From: an uncultured Verrucomicrobiae bacterium
Lineage (GTDB): Bacteria > Verrucomicrobiota > Verrucomicrobiia > Chthoniobacterales > Chthoniobacteraceae
DNA: 64,000 bases
Assembly: GCA_963828525.1 (NCBI GenBank)
Contig: CAWHEP010000008.1
Coordinates: forward strand, 96,001 to 160,000
Direction of reading: 5' to 3'
This document shows positions 40,692-54,323 of this stretch, one piece after another. Each line of letters begins with the position of its first letter. The first letter of the stretch is position 1. A program made the position numbers and the translations under genes. The notes under the pieces are model-generated. The model searched no databases. It worked only from the letters and a program-made list of their open reading frames with translations, and was not told the origin of the DNA.

Positions 40692-42438
40692 GTCCCTCCC
40701 AACGACATTCCCTTGGATGAGACAGATTTGTCGAGGTCCGTTCCGAAGCGAGTTCTTCTGGGCGTCCTTGTGTTAGCGGTGCTATGCGCGGTTCTTGGGG
40801 GTAGGCCTTTCCTCCATTGGATAAAGGGCGCCCGCTCGAGTCATTTCGCCGCGCAGAGCGAAACGTTCCTCGCGGAGGAGAAATGGCAGGAGGCGTATTC
40901 CAAGGCGCAAGCCGCCTACCGACTGAAGCCGGACGAGCCAGCAGCCCTGCGGGCCATGGCTCATTTCTACGAAAAAGCAGACCCTCGGGCGGCAGCACCT
41001 TTCCTGAGCATTCTCTGCGCTTCGCGCGACGCCACGATCCCGGATGAGAAAGAGTACGCAGAAGTTTCCCTGCAGCTAGGAGACGCGCTGCAGGCTTATG
41101 ACCAGATTAGCAAGGTGTTGCAGCGGGACGGTCAAAGCGCTGAGAACCTTCGGCTTGCTGCCAGAATCGCCGGAGCGCGAGGCGATCTCGATGGGGCTCT
41201 GCGGTTCGCGCAAGCCGCCGAGCAGCACGACCCGGTAAATCTTCGCGGAAGATTTCTAACCGCCGAGATTGAGATCTCGTCCGGGAAGAGCGGAATCCGC
41301 GCGGCGGGGTGGGACGCGATCTGGCAACTCGACGAGGATCATGGGGAGTGTGGACTCGATTCCCTGCGGTTTTCAAGCCGTCGGCCGGACTTTCCGCGCG
41401 AACACGTCGCCGCGCTTCCCGACTTGCTTCGGCAGCATCCCCTTGCCACGGAGCAGGACAAACTTCTTGCTTGCGAACTGGACATGGCGAGGGTTCCCGC
41501 AGAGCGAGAAAAGATCCTCGGGAAGGCAATGACTGACACGAAGAAGGGTGACGGCACGGCTCTTCATACGCTGGCGGTGTGGCTGAATAGCCTGGGCGAG
41601 TTCCAAAAGACGACGGAAATTCTGCCGGAGAAGATCGCGGTGACAAGGCAGGATTATTTCCTGGCCTATCTGGATGCCATGGCGTCTCTGAAACGGTGGA
41701 AGGATGTCGATCGTCTCCTGGAAATGAAAGATGTGCCGCTGGGCGACGTATATGTCCAGGCGTTCCATGCAAAATCAGCCGAGGCCCGTGGCGACAAGGA
41801 CGCGGCCGAGTTTTCATGGAGACGGGCCCACACCGCCGCGACGGGAAACGTCTCCCAGATGGCCTATCTGGCGCGTTACGCGGAGAAAGTCGGGCAGATT
41901 GACCAGGCGGAGCTGGCTTATCGCACACTGGCTGAGGATATCCCTTCGGCGCCGAGCGCTTACGAGCGCCCTTCGAGGATCGCCCAAACCAGAAAAGATG
42001 CGCAGGCAACCTGACCTGCTGCTGCAAGAGATGGCGCCCGATGGAAAGATGATCCCGCGATCCGAAATGATTATGCGTACATGAGCCTCTCTTGAAAAAG
42101 GATGCGCAAAAGGCTCGGGACATTCGATGGGACTCGTTACCGCGCTTCCCAACGAGCTTCCCCATCGCACCGCGCTTGCGCTCGCATCCTGCGGCTGAAT
42201 GACCCTGCTTCCGCTTTGAACACTTATGCGGGTTTGCAGATTCCGTGGGAAAAGGTTGCGGCACGTGACAAGGCAGTGTACGTGGCCGTGCTTGGAGCCA
42301 ACGGGAGGGAGGAGGAAGCAAGAAAAATGGCGGCGTCTGCTCACGACCAGAGACCTTTTCCCGGAGGAACTTGACCTGGTTCGACCGTGGCTCAGCCACC
42401 GTGACAGCAGCTTCTCGATGTTTCCCTTGCGAGAATGA
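40674..42438 (+). CDS. Membrane-anchored TPR-repeat protein (3' part frameshifted)
   Basis: N-terminal TM, helical TPR-like repeats (AQAAYRLKPDEPAALRAMA). Continues through 42014-42438 in shifting frames (NDYAY, ALALA, LFPEELDLV). Confidence 0.75.
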
Positions 42439-42453
42439 CGATGAATATAAACT

Positions 42454-43493
42454 ATGGAGATGGAACAACCGAACACCGAGAATCCGGTGGCGCTCATCAC
42501 GGGGGTGACGGGGCAGGACGGCTCTTACCTTTGCGAGCTTCTTCTTAAAAAAGGGTACAAGGTGCACGGCGTCGTCCGAAGAACAAGCAATGTTCAACGC
42601 CTTCGCCTCGAGCATCTGCGGAATCTGCCCGACGTATATGGAAAGTCATTTTTCCTGCACTATGGTGATCTTTCAGATGCGACAACCCTCCGCCGCATCA
42701 TCCATGCCGCCCAACCTCAGCGAAATCTATCATCTCGCCGGTCAGAGCCATGTCGGTTCAGTTTCGAGATTCCGGAATCGACTTGTGAGGAGGTGGCGAT
42801 GGCAACATTGCGCCTGCTTGAGATTTGCAGGGATCAGCCCCAGCCCGTGCGGTTCTTCCACGCCTCCTCGTCCGAAATTTTCGGCGGGGCGACGGAATCT
42901 CCCCAAACGGAAGAGACTCCTTACAGGCCAAGCAGCCCTTACGGTTGCGCCAAAGCCTTCGCGACGGACATGGGCCGCGTTTACCGTGACTGGCTATAAC
43001 CTATTCGTCTGCAACGGCATCATGTATAATCACGAATCGCCGAGGCGGGGCGAAAACTTCGTCACGCGCAAAGATTTCCCGGCAGGTGGCGCGGATCAAA
43101 CTAGGGCATGGCTGACCGGCTCATGCTGGGAAACGTGCACGGACGCCGCGACTGGGGACATGCCGCGGATTACGTGGATGCAATGTGGCGAATGCTGCAG
43201 CACTCCGACCCTGGCGATTACATCGTTGCCACAGGATCGACTCACTCGGTGATGGACTTTTGCGAGGCGGCGTTCTCGGTCGCCGGACTTGCAATGGGAA
43301 AATTACGTCGATTACGACAAATCCATAGAGCGTCCGATCGAACCCGCCGGCTGGTCGGGCCAGCCCGTCAAGATCAAAAAGGCGATTAGGTGGCAGGCCA
43401 CAGCGTCCCTTTCCAGGCTTGGTGAGGGAGATGGTGGAGTTCGATCTCGCCGACCTTGCGGAGACTCAGGCGACTGCTGCGAGAACGTCCTGA
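42454..43493 (+). CDS. gmd: GDP-mannose 4,6-dehydratase (several frameshifts)
   Basis: [79 protein letters not shown]. Confidence 0.93.
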
Positions 43494-45115
43494 ATGCGCG
43501 CTAGCGAGACCGGCCTCGCTTCAAGAGCGCAATGCCACTTCCGTTCCCCAGGAAGTGACAGGGAATCCGCGCAGCGTCAACAGATTGGCTCACGGTCGTG
43601 GTGGCTCGGCGGGGTTTGGCTGCTCCTTGTCAATGAGCTGCGGACCGAGTGGTCGCTGAATCAGCAGTATAGCTACGGATGGGTCGTTCCGATCCTCTGC
43701 ACTTTACCTTTTCTGGGAGCGCTGGAAGGATGCGCCAGCGCCTGGCAAATCTGTTTCGGCCTATTCCCGCATGCGGCCTCTGTTGCGATATGCGCCTTTA
43801 GCATTTTCCCTTTGCGGTTGTTCTGGAGGCGAACCCCGATTGGAGACTCCCGGATTGGGGCCTCGCCTTCGCGGTTGTTGGACTGTGTGAAGCGGCTTTG
43901 CTCTATAGTGGTGGATGGAAATGGGCACGGCACCTCGGCTTCCCTATCGCTTTTTTCCTGATCGCGGTACCCTGGCCCGTGCCCCTGGAGCAACAGACTG
44001 ATGCAGAATCTGATGCGGGGAAACGCATGGATGACAGTGACCACCCTCGTCTGGTTTGGAATACCGGCGGTGCAGATGGGAAATGTTATTCAGATCCCAA
44101 CAGGCACTGTGGGGATTGATGAAGCATGCAGCGGGGTGCGCTCGCTTGCAGACCACTTTGATGATCTCCCTCTTTCTTGGTGAACTTTACCGTTTCCTTT
44201 TAGCAGGAGGGTCCTGCTCCTGGTGGCTGGAGTTTTTTTGCCATGCTGTGCAACCTCGGCAGGACGCTCTTCCTCGTGTGGCTGAGTGCGGAGCAAAGCC
44301 CGCATGAAATGACGAAATGGCACGACACGGCGGGACTGGCAGTGCTGATCGTTTGCCTCGCAGGCCTCTGGCAGATCGCTCAGATGCTGCGTGGCGCGGC
44401 CGAGGTATCCGAACGGGCCCCCCAGCGGAAACGCTGGGCAGCTCGAAAACTGCCCGCACGCCTGGTGATAGGGCTGGCGTCTGGCTTGTGGTGTCCCAAC
44501 TCTCTGTGGAAGCATGGTACCGGATGCACGAATCCGGCGTGACCGAAAGTGCACGCTGGTCAGATTGACTGGCCGGTCACCAAAGCTGGCTTTCATGACA
44601 CAGAAATTCCCGAAACCACAAAGGTGATTCTCAAATACAACGAAGGGCGTTCCGGTTCGTGGACGGGAGCGGACGGAAGCCGCTGGACAACATTTTTTTT
44701 CCGCTGGTTCCCGGGAAGCGCGGCGGCGCAGCTGGCGCGGGGCCACAAACCGGACATCTGCCTTCCGGCGGCAGGGCTTCGGCTCGACAGGTACGGCGGC
44801 ATCCAGAGTATGCATATTGGCAAGCTGGACATCCCTTTTCAATGCTATGTGTTTGATTACCAAGGCAAGCCTCTTCATGTTTTTTACTGCCTCTGGGAGG
44901 ATCATCAGCAGCAAAGCGCGACGGTGTTGCCAGAAGAACCGAAAGGCCCGCACCCGTCTTCTGGCAGTCATGGCCGGAAGGCGCAACCTTGGGCAGCAGG
45001 TGCTGGAGATGACTCTCTTTGGCGATAGAACGGATGAGGATGCCGATGCCGCGTTGCGGCGAACCCTGGAAGAAATCGTGAAGCCAGAACGGAGCGTCTG
45101 CTTAGGGCGCGAGCC

Positions 45116-46687
<1,572 letters not shown>

Positions 46688-46691
<4 letters not shown>

Positions 46692-47056
46692 CCCTCGGGT
46701 TCCCCCGGCCGTTTCTTCTTCTTTGCGCAACTTGCCTCCCCAAGAGAGGATCCTCGCTTTTGCGCCAGCGGCTTCTGCTTCCTTGATTTGCTGATTGCGC
46801 ACGTAAAAAAGGGAAAGGCTTGACCAGGCCAACTGGTCGTTTGGTTGAAGCTGCACTGAGCGTAACCCCGCCCTATCGCGTCTCCGTATCGTCCAGTCTT
46901 CATCAGCGCCATGCCGAGGGCATGCCATCCATCGAAGAAAGCCGGATTCGCTTCTACGCAGCGGCGATATTTCTCTATAGCAGCGTCAAGCTCTCCAACA
47001 GCCAGGTCTCCGTTGGCATCGTCAAAAAGTTCGTCGATTCGCGCATCCTCAGGCAT
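46688..47056 (-). CDS. Small TPR protein (frameshifted)
   Basis: FFDGWHALGMALMK...NDQLAWSSLSLFY..EAEAA...ILSWGGK. Confidence 0.75.
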
Positions 47057-47063
47057 GTTCAAT

Positions 47064-48563
47064 TCAGCCGCGCGAAGGTGGGAGCGCCTGCACGCGGGCC
47101 ACATCGCGGCAGAGCCTCAGCCAATCATGAAAAACAACTTCCCGCTTGCCGTGGAGGAACCGGTCAGTCAACGAATTTTCGACCTTTGCAAATTCTGAAG
47201 CTTCAACCGGATCGCGCTTTTCGAGGTATATCAAAAGGCCTCCATCGGCACTAGGAACAAACTCACTGAGTTCGCGCGTCTTCATCTCTATCGCTTTCTC
47301 GGCGATCATGCCCGTTTCGCGATTGTCCGGCTTTTGATCAGCAAGCGAAAAGGGAGGCAACTTCTCCACGGAGAGGTTCAACTCCTTGGCGATATCGGCG
47401 AGAGTTTTGGTTGGCGCAGCCTTTAGCTTATTCCGAACATCCGTCGCCTTTAAGGTCATGAGCTCCCGCTCGCGCTCGGTAGTGAGAGCCTCGACAAGCT
47501 GACCCCTGGATTGTTCAAAGGTGAGCGGTGGCTCGGGACATTCTGTTCCAGATGAAGCACGTAGAAGGCGTCGTGTGACTCAAGCGGGTCACTGTTCGGA
47601 TCGTCTTTTGTCATTTTAAAGGCGGCGTCCGTGGCTCCGGCTACATCCGCGAGGCGCGGGTCCGGGCTGGATCTCGTAAAAAAGTCGGAGTTCCCGCGTT
47701 TTGAGTTCAGCCTTCGCGGCCACTGAATCGAAGCTCGCTCCCTTTTCAGTTATAGCCTGGGAGAAGTCACTAGCCGCGTTCGCAAGCTTTCCAAGAGCGT
47801 CGTTCCGCTCCTTCGGGGCGAGCTTAGCCTCCGCGTCTGACAGTGAGAAGACGACATATTTTACCTTCACTTTTTCCTCCGACCGGAGTGTTTCCTTTCG
47901 CTGCTCGTATGCTTTTTTCAGATCGTCATCGGTAAGTCTTACGCTTGAGGCGAAATCAGAAAGCTTGAATCGTATGAGCGAAGTTTCCAGCTTCTGGTTA
48001 TCGATTTCGTAACCGAAGCGCAGTTCAGCCGGGGAGACCGAGACGGTCGCTCCGATCAAGGCCTTCACCTTTTTCACCGTTACATCTTTTTTGATGAGTT
48101 CATCTATTTCCGTCTCTCCGAAGCCTTTGGGCGTGAGCTTCTCCTGGATAAACGCGGCCAGTTTGTCCCTATCAAAACCGCCGTTGCTCTGGAACACCGG
48201 AAGAGAAGATTCTTCCGCCACAATCTCGTCACTGGTCGGGCTGATGTGCAAGCGCTCCGCTTCATGTTCCATGACGACCGAGTTCCACACGAAATCCTCG
48301 ATCGGATTTTTGCTGATGCCGCGCAGGGATTGCAGCAACTCAAAGAGGCCCAGATCTGTGGCAAGATAGTAGCGCCTTACCTGTTTATCCACCTCCATCC
48401 TGCTCACGGGATGCTGGTAGATGAGTGCCACGTCCTCTGTTCCGCCAGTGCCCCCTCCACGAACCGTCCGGTTCATATTGTAAAAACCGACGAATGCAAT
48501 GATGACGAGCACAGTGATCATCACCATGAGGAACTGTTGGTGTTTGCGAAGGAGATTAATCAT
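47064..48563 (-). CDS. SurA N-terminal / PpiD-like periplasmic chaperone (frameshifted)
   Basis: MINLLRKHQ + TM, EAERLHISP, FQSNGGFD, VSPAEL, EKVKVKYV, ELSEFVP; ORFs 47616-48563 and 47064-47459. Confidence 0.75.
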
Positions 48564-48711
48564 TTGCCAGGGGTGAAGGTGAGTTGCAGGAGGGTCAGGG
48601 AAGGTGAATTAAGCCTGCCCCGCGGAGGCAGAGAAGCTACGCTGTAGCCTTAAGGAGCATCAACTCCTTTTTATATGGAAGTAATTCCCCGGCACGGGTG
48701 GTTCAGCCTAC

Positions 48712-50412
48712 CTAGACGCCGCGAGCGCCGCTCTCCAGCTCTGAAGCGCCTTCGGACAGGAGAGTCTTCGCGTGAGCGACCGCTGACTTGCTCTGTCCCC
48801 CGAGCATGCGAGCGATCTCTTCGACCCTCGCCTCTCCCTCGACTCTCGCCAGGCGAGTAAAGGCGCGCTGGTTGCTGAACTCCTTTGTCACAACGAACTG
48901 AGTTCCCGCCAATCCCGCTACCTGGGGCAGATGCGTAATACACAGCACCTGGTGGTCCCCGCCGAGGCTCTTCATCTTTGCTCCCACCGCTTTGGCGATT
49001 TCGCCGCCTACGTTGGCGTCAATTTCGTCAAATACCAGCAATGGAATGCCGTCCTGCGAGGCGAGAGAGCTTTTGACGGCGAGCATTACCCTGGAAATTT
49101 CGCCGCTGGACGCAATGGTTCTGAGGGGCATTGGTGGCTCCCCCGGATTGGGCATGAACTGGAATTCGACAGTCTCAAAACCTCGGAGCAGAGGCTCGGC
49201 GACTTTATTTAACTGAATGTCGAATCCCGATTTCTTGAAACCAAGGTCCCGCAACTGCGAGGCGACATCGGCAGCCAGTTTCGGCGCAGCCTTCTCTCGT
49301 TTGTCGGCAAGCTTCTTCCCTTTTTCGGAAAGCCTCTCCCGGCCCGCGGCGATTTCCCTGCCCAGGCGCTCAATCTCTCCGCCGCGGCTTTCAATTTGCT
49401 CGAGACGGGTCGCTGCTTTTTGCCCGAATAGCAGAATTTCCCCGAGATTTTTCCCGTACTTTCGCTTCAACGTCTCGATCAGGTTGATTCTTTCCTCAAG
49501 CACCGTCACTTTTTCGGGATCGATCTCGAGGTGATCCGCGTACGTCCTGATCGCCCGCGCGCTTTCCTCCGTCATGGCTTGCGCAGCGGCGAACCCGTCG
49601 GCGATCTCCGACGAGTGGATATCGAGCTTCTGGATCTCGCGAAGGGAACGCTGGACCTGGGTCATACGGAGCAGTATGGAGTCATCCTCATCCGCCAGGC
49701 GCATGAGCGCTTCCATGCAGAAGGCCATCACGCGGTTCCCGTTGGATGCCAGATTGAAACGCGCCAGGAGGCTTTCCTCCTCTCCTGGCTGGAGTTCGGC
49801 TGCCTCGATTTCGGTGACCTGATGGCGCAGGAGGTCCATCTCGCGCTCCAGCGCGGCTTCGTCTGTGGAGAGTTGTGCCTGAAGGTCCCTCAGCCCCGCT
49901 AACGCGCGGAACTCGGCCTCGTAATCTCCGCGTAACACCGTTGCGCCAGCAAATGAGTCCAGCAGTTCCATCTGCTTTTCCGGGGAGAGCAGGGACTGGT
50001 GTTCATGAGGGCCGTGCAGATCGACGAGACTATCACCCAACTCCTTAAGCACGTTCAGCGTGGTGGAACAGCAGTTGACGAACTGCTTATTGCCTCCGGC
50101 GCGCGAAAAAACCCGTTTGAGTATCAACTCGTCCTCAGCGCAGGGGTCGAGGCCTTGCGCGAGAAGGCGTTCATTTAATGCCCCCGAATCGGGAAGATGG
50201 AAGGAGGCCTCCACTGCGCAGTGATCCGCTTCCGCGCGGATGAGCGACTTTTCGGCGCGCTCGCCCAGAAGGAGTTTCAACGCGCCGATGATGATTGATT
50301 TGCCCGACCCAGTCTCTCCTGTGATGGCTGTGAAGCCCGGCGAGAGATTCCATTCCAGATCCTCCACGAGAGCGAGGTTCCGAATCCGAAGCGATGAGAG
50401 CATTGCGGGCAC
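48712..50412 (-). CDS. recN: DNA repair protein RecN
   Basis: LRIRNLAL, ITGETGSGKS, DLHGPHEHQSLL, ASSGEISRVMLA, FDEIDANVGG, CITHLPQVA, EIARMLGG. Probable start 50403. Confidence 0.97.
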   Translation of the reverse strand: MPAMLSSLRIRNLALVEDLEWNLSPGFTAITGETGSGKSIIIGALKLLLGERAEKSLIRAEADHCAVEASFHLPDSGALNERLLAQGLDPCAEDELILKRVFSRAGGNKQFVNCCSTTLNVLKELGDSLVDLHGPHEHQSLLSPEKQMELLDSFAGATVLRGDYEAEFRALAGLRDLQAQLSTDEAALEREMDLLRHQVTEIEAAELQPGEEESLLARFNLASNGNRVMAFCMEALMRLADEDDSILLRMTQVQRSLREIQKLDIHSSEIADGFAAAQAMTEESARAIRTYADHLEIDPEKVTVLEERINLIETLKRKYGKNLGEILLFGQKAATRLEQIESRGGEIERLGREIAAGRERLSEKGKKLADKREKAAPKLAADVASQLRDLGFKKSGFDIQLNKVAEPLLRGFETVEFQFMPNPGEPPMPLRTIASSGEISRVMLAVKSSLASQDGIPLLVFDEIDANVGGEIAKAVGAKMKSLGGDHQVLCITHLPQVAGLAGTQFVVTKEFSNQRAFTRLARVEGEARVEEIARMLGGQSKSAVAHAKTLLSEGASELESGARGV

Positions 50413-50449
50413 AAGGGGAGTATGTAAGAGTGAGCGCGCTTTTCAACTC

Positions 50450-51229
50450 ATGGCGGACATTACGATCACGTTTCTCGGGACCGCCACTTCCCAGGGCGTG
50501 CCATTGATCGGATGCGACTGCGCCGTCTGCCATTCGAGCGATCCCCGGGACACCCGAACCCGCTCGTCCATCCATGTGAAAAGTCCCGGGTGTGAATGGG
50601 TGATAGACACCGGCACCGATTTCCGGGCGCAGTGTCTTCGGGAGAACATCACCAGGCTGGACGCCGTCGTATACACCCATGCTCACACTGATCACATCAT
50701 GGGTTTTGATGACCTGCGCGCGTTCTGCAACCCAGGGCAGCCAATGCCCGTTTATGCGTCTGAGGAGACTCTGGGTCATTTGAAGCGTGTCTTCGACTTT
50801 GCGTTCAACGGCAAAAACAGATTTCCCGGCTACGTAAACCCATTGCCCATCCCGATCGCGGGGCCGTTCACTCTCGGCGACATCACCGTTGAGGCTCTCC
50901 CGATCCTCCATGGCCGGACGCGAGTAAACGGTTATCTATTAAGCAGAGGGGGCAAGTCGCTCGCGGCGTATCTCAGCGATTGCAAGGAAGTTCCCGAGCA
51001 TGTGCTGGAGCGAATAAAAGGAACGCGATTCCTGATAATTGATGCTCTCCGGCATCGTCCACATCCCACCCATATGAGCGTGGACGAGGCGCTCGCCTTC
51101 GCAAGCAAGGTGAAGCCGGAGAAAACATGGTTCACGCACGTTTGCCACGAGCTCGGCCATGAGGAGACGAAGGCGCGCCTCCCGGCCGATGTCCGGATCG
51201 CCTACGACGGGATGAAGCTCTTGATATGA
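50450..51229 (+). CDS. MBL-fold metallo-hydrolase (PhnP-like)
   Basis: FLGTATSQGVP.IGCDCAVC, IDTGTDFR, THAHTDH..GFDDLR, YLSD, HPTH, THVCH, AYDG. Confidence 0.93.
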   Translation: MADITITFLGTATSQGVPLIGCDCAVCHSSDPRDTRTRSSIHVKSPGCEWVIDTGTDFRAQCLRENITRLDAVVYTHAHTDHIMGFDDLRAFCNPGQPMPVYASEETLGHLKRVFDFAFNGKNRFPGYVNPLPIPIAGPFTLGDITVEALPILHGRTRVNGYLLSRGGKSLAAYLSDCKEVPEHVLERIKGTRFLIIDALRHRPHPTHMSVDEALAFASKVKPEKTWFTHVCHELGHEETKARLPADVRIAYDGMKLLI

Positions 51230-52822
51230 GACGGTTCGCCATAGTCCTCGTCGGGGCGTGCTTGCTGGCAGCGGGAGGCGCTTCCGGCCAACTTCAGGAA
51301 CCGCCGCCGAAACCGGAGGCTTTTGCTCCGCCGGCGCCGCTTCCGGCTGTGGAAGCAACCCGCGTGATCTTTAACGCCCTTGATCCTGCTTCGAAAGATC
51401 TGGCGGAGTTCTACGCGGCGAAGCGAGGTATATCGGAGGATCACCTGGTAGGCCTGGATTGTTCGAAGGCCGAGGAGATCAACCGGGAAGACTATGACGT
51501 CACGATAGCCGAGCCGCTGAGGAAGATCTTCAGCGCGCGCGGATGGTGGAAAGTGAAGGCGGGGGCCGACGGGCACGTGATCGAGAACAGCGTGCGGTTC
51601 ATCGCGCTCATGCGCGGCATTCCGCTCAAGATAAAGCAGGTGGCCAAATACCCGGGCGATGAGAAAAAGGGATTCTCAGTCATCATGCCTTACAACCAGG
51701 CTTCTGTGGATTCAGAGCTCGCGGCCCTGGGGTTTTTCACCAGGCATATCTCCGGCGCGCTGGTAAACCCCTACTACAGATCTTTCACCTCCATTTTCAG
51801 GACAAACATGCCTTATCTGATGTTGGTTTGCAGGCTCGATGGGCCGACAGATGGCACTGTCCGCAGGATGATCGAAGACTCGATCGAGACGGAGAAGACA
51901 GGGCTATGGGGCTTCGCCTATATAAATAAACGCAACGTGACTGGGGGTGGCCTGGCAATCGGAGATCAATGGCTGGATCGCCTCACCGACGACGCGTTGA
52001 AGCATGGGATTCCGTGTATCGTCGAGAAGGGACCCGCGTTGTTCCCGCCGGGTTATCCGATGCGGAATGCGGCTCTTTACTATGGCTGGTATGGCAAGGA
52101 AGCGGTGGGCCCGTTTGCTCGAAGGGATTTCCGGTTTGTTCGGGGAGCGGTGGCATGCCACATCCACTCCTTCAGCGCTTCGACACTGCGCGACCCCGCC
52201 AGCAACTGGGTCGGCGCCGCTGCTTTTCCATGGGGCCGCCGCGTCGATGGGGAACGTGTACGAGCCCTACCTGCCGTTCACCCCGAATCTCGACATCTTC
52301 AATGAGCGTCTAAGAAATGGTTTTACCTTCGCAGAGAGCGCTTACATGTCCCAGAACGTCATCTCCTGGATGACTACATTTGTGGGTGATCCCCTCTACA
52401 GCCCCTTCAAGATTCTTCAGGACATCTCGGTGGAGCCGCCGGGGAGCGCAGCAGAGTGGGTCGCCTTCCGGGAAGGCGCTTTCGCATGGTTCAACGAGGG
52501 CCGAGCAAGCGGCGAACACCAGTTGCGCGAGGCTGGCGCGAGACTGCGAAGCGGGATCATCTTCGAAGGGCTTGGACTACTGCAGGCTTCCTGCGGCGAC
52601 GACCGGGCTGCGGCGAACTCGTTCACCAAGGCGCGGACTTATTACGCAAATGCCGATGATGTCATACGCGTGGCCATCCATGAGGTCGGGGCGCTTCGTT
52701 CCAGCCAGCAAAGTTCCGAAGCCTTCTCGCTTGCCCAGAGGGAGATCAACACCTACCCAGCGTCCCCCTCCGTCTCACTGCTTCGCGCGTTACAGACGGC
52801 AATAAGGACAAACAGCCAGTAA
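51226..52822 (+). CDS. TIGR03790-like protein, exosortase-associated family (frameshift near 52220-52240)
   Basis: VIFN..S..LAEFYA.KRGI, GIPLKI, ASVDSELA, NPY, LVCRLDGP, YYGWY, GAVACHIHSFSA, GNVYEPYL, VGDPLYSPF. Confidence 0.82.
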
Positions 52823-52829
52823 TCCGAAA

Positions 52830-54191
52830 ATGACCCAGGCGGAACGGTACGCTGAGTTGCGCCCACCTGACGAAAGCGCGCGTGAGGAACCATCCCGGCG
52901 CTTTACACCATCTGGAGAACTGGAACTTCAGGCCCGTTGGTTCGCCGGGGAGTTCGGCTGCCGGTTTAAGAGCACCACGGGAGAGAGCATCGAAGTAATC
53001 CAGTTTGGCGTCTGGAATCACGAATCCGGCCCTGACTTCGCGGAGGCTGCGATCTCCATCAATGGCGGCCCGCCAGCCCGAGGATGTATAGAACTCGACC
53101 CGGACGCCAGGGATTGGGAAAGGCACGGGCACGCGGTGAATCCTGAATACGAGACCGTGGTGCTGCACGTCTTTTTCCAGCGAGGGGATGCGACGTTCTT
53201 CACGCGCAACGCGAGTCATCGCAATGTGCCGCAAGTCCTTCTCGACGCGTCCGGCGAAAAGGGGCGCGTTGGCATTGTGCCGGAAGCAAAAGCAGGCCGG
53301 TGCCTTGCTCCCCTCCGGGAGCTTTCCGATGAGAAAGTGGGGAGCATACTGGATGCGGCGGCGCAGTTCAGGCTGCGCCAGAAAGGTTTGAGGATGTCAC
53401 AGATCGCGATGGCGCACGGGGATGAGGAAGCTCTTTACCAGGCTCTCAGCGCCACCCTTGGCTACAAGGGGAACAGCCTCCCCTTCACTCTCCTGGCGCA
53501 GCGATTGCCGCTCTCGCTCCTTCTGAAGGACAGGCAGGGTATCGACTCTTTGCTTTTCGGGTTGAGTGGCTTTCTGAAACCGGACATGGCGCCGTTCCCA
53601 GACGGGACGCGTTCCTATCTGCGAGACATCTGGCAGGGTTGGTGGCCGAGGCGGGCGGCATGGGAACGTCTTTCGCTGCTGCCCACTCAATGGCGGCTGA
53701 GCGGCCAACGGCCCCTAAATCATCCTCAGAGACGCATCGCTGCTCTGGCGCAGATCGTCCGGAATTGGCAACCCCTCAGGGCGGCCATGGCGTCCGGAGA
53801 ATCGAGGAGAATTGGCGCGTTTTTCCGGGATCTCCATGACGATTTCTGGGATTTTCACTACACTCTTTCCGCTCAAGCTTCTCCCATCCCGCTGGCGCTT
53901 GTAGGGGAATCGCGCATCAGCGAGATGATGGCTAATGTGTTTTTCCCGCTCGCTGCCCTGTCGCGGCCTTCCGCATGGGAAGAGTACTCCAAACTGCCCG
54001 CCGTTCTGACCAACCGGCGCGCCCGAACCGCGGCGATTCGCCTTTTTGGCGGCATCAACATCGCCGGGCGCCTCCTCAAAACCGCGGCCCGCCAGCAGGG
54101 TCTATTGCAGATCTACGAAGACTTTTGCATGCGGGACAGTTCAGATTGCGAGCGCTGCCTTTTCCCCAGGCAGATCACACAGTGGGCTTAA
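52830..54191 (+). CDS. DUF2851-like protein
   Basis: GVWNHESGPDF.EA, W..HGH..NP.Y..VVLHV, LGYKGN..PF, RPLNHPQRR, FWDFHYTL, QQGLLQIY..FC..C..C. Confidence 0.85.
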   Translation: MTQAERYAELRPPDESAREEPSRRFTPSGELELQARWFAGEFGCRFKSTTGESIEVIQFGVWNHESGPDFAEAAISINGGPPARGCIELDPDARDWERHGHAVNPEYETVVLHVFFQRGDATFFTRNASHRNVPQVLLDASGEKGRVGIVPEAKAGRCLAPLRELSDEKVGSILDAAAQFRLRQKGLRMSQIAMAHGDEEALYQALSATLGYKGNSLPFTLLAQRLPLSLLLKDRQGIDSLLFGLSGFLKPDMAPFPDGTRSYLRDIWQGWWPRRAAWERLSLLPTQWRLSGQRPLNHPQRRIAALAQIVRNWQPLRAAMASGESRRIGAFFRDLHDDFWDFHYTLSAQASPIPLALVGESRISEMMANVFFPLAALSRPSAWEEYSKLPAVLTNRRARTAAIRLFGGINIAGRLLKTAARQQGLLQIYEDFCMRDSSDCERCLFPRQITQWA

Positions 54192-54204
54192 GCGCGGAAG
54201 TGTC

Positions 54205-54230
54205 GTAACCTTGATCTCCCTGGCGTGTCA
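54205..54230 (+). promoter_or_regulatory. Candidate ECF-type (autoregulatory) promoter GTAACC...CGTGTCA
   Basis: AAC-containing -35 and CGT/GTC-containing -10 upstream of the ECF sigma gene. Confidence 0.35.
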
Positions 54231-54323
54231 TTGACCGTATGTTGCGAAGTCCTCAGTGGAAACCAATCCATTTTTTCCGAGACCCGCGGTGAATGCCGGC
54301 ATCAAGGAGCAATCCTCTAGCGA

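Noticed and set aside
41107..42615. 502-aa minus-strand ORF
   Set aside because: It is an antisense shadow of the TPR and gmd genes, Arg/Pro/Ser-rich with no motifs. The same applies to most short overlapping ORFs in the track.
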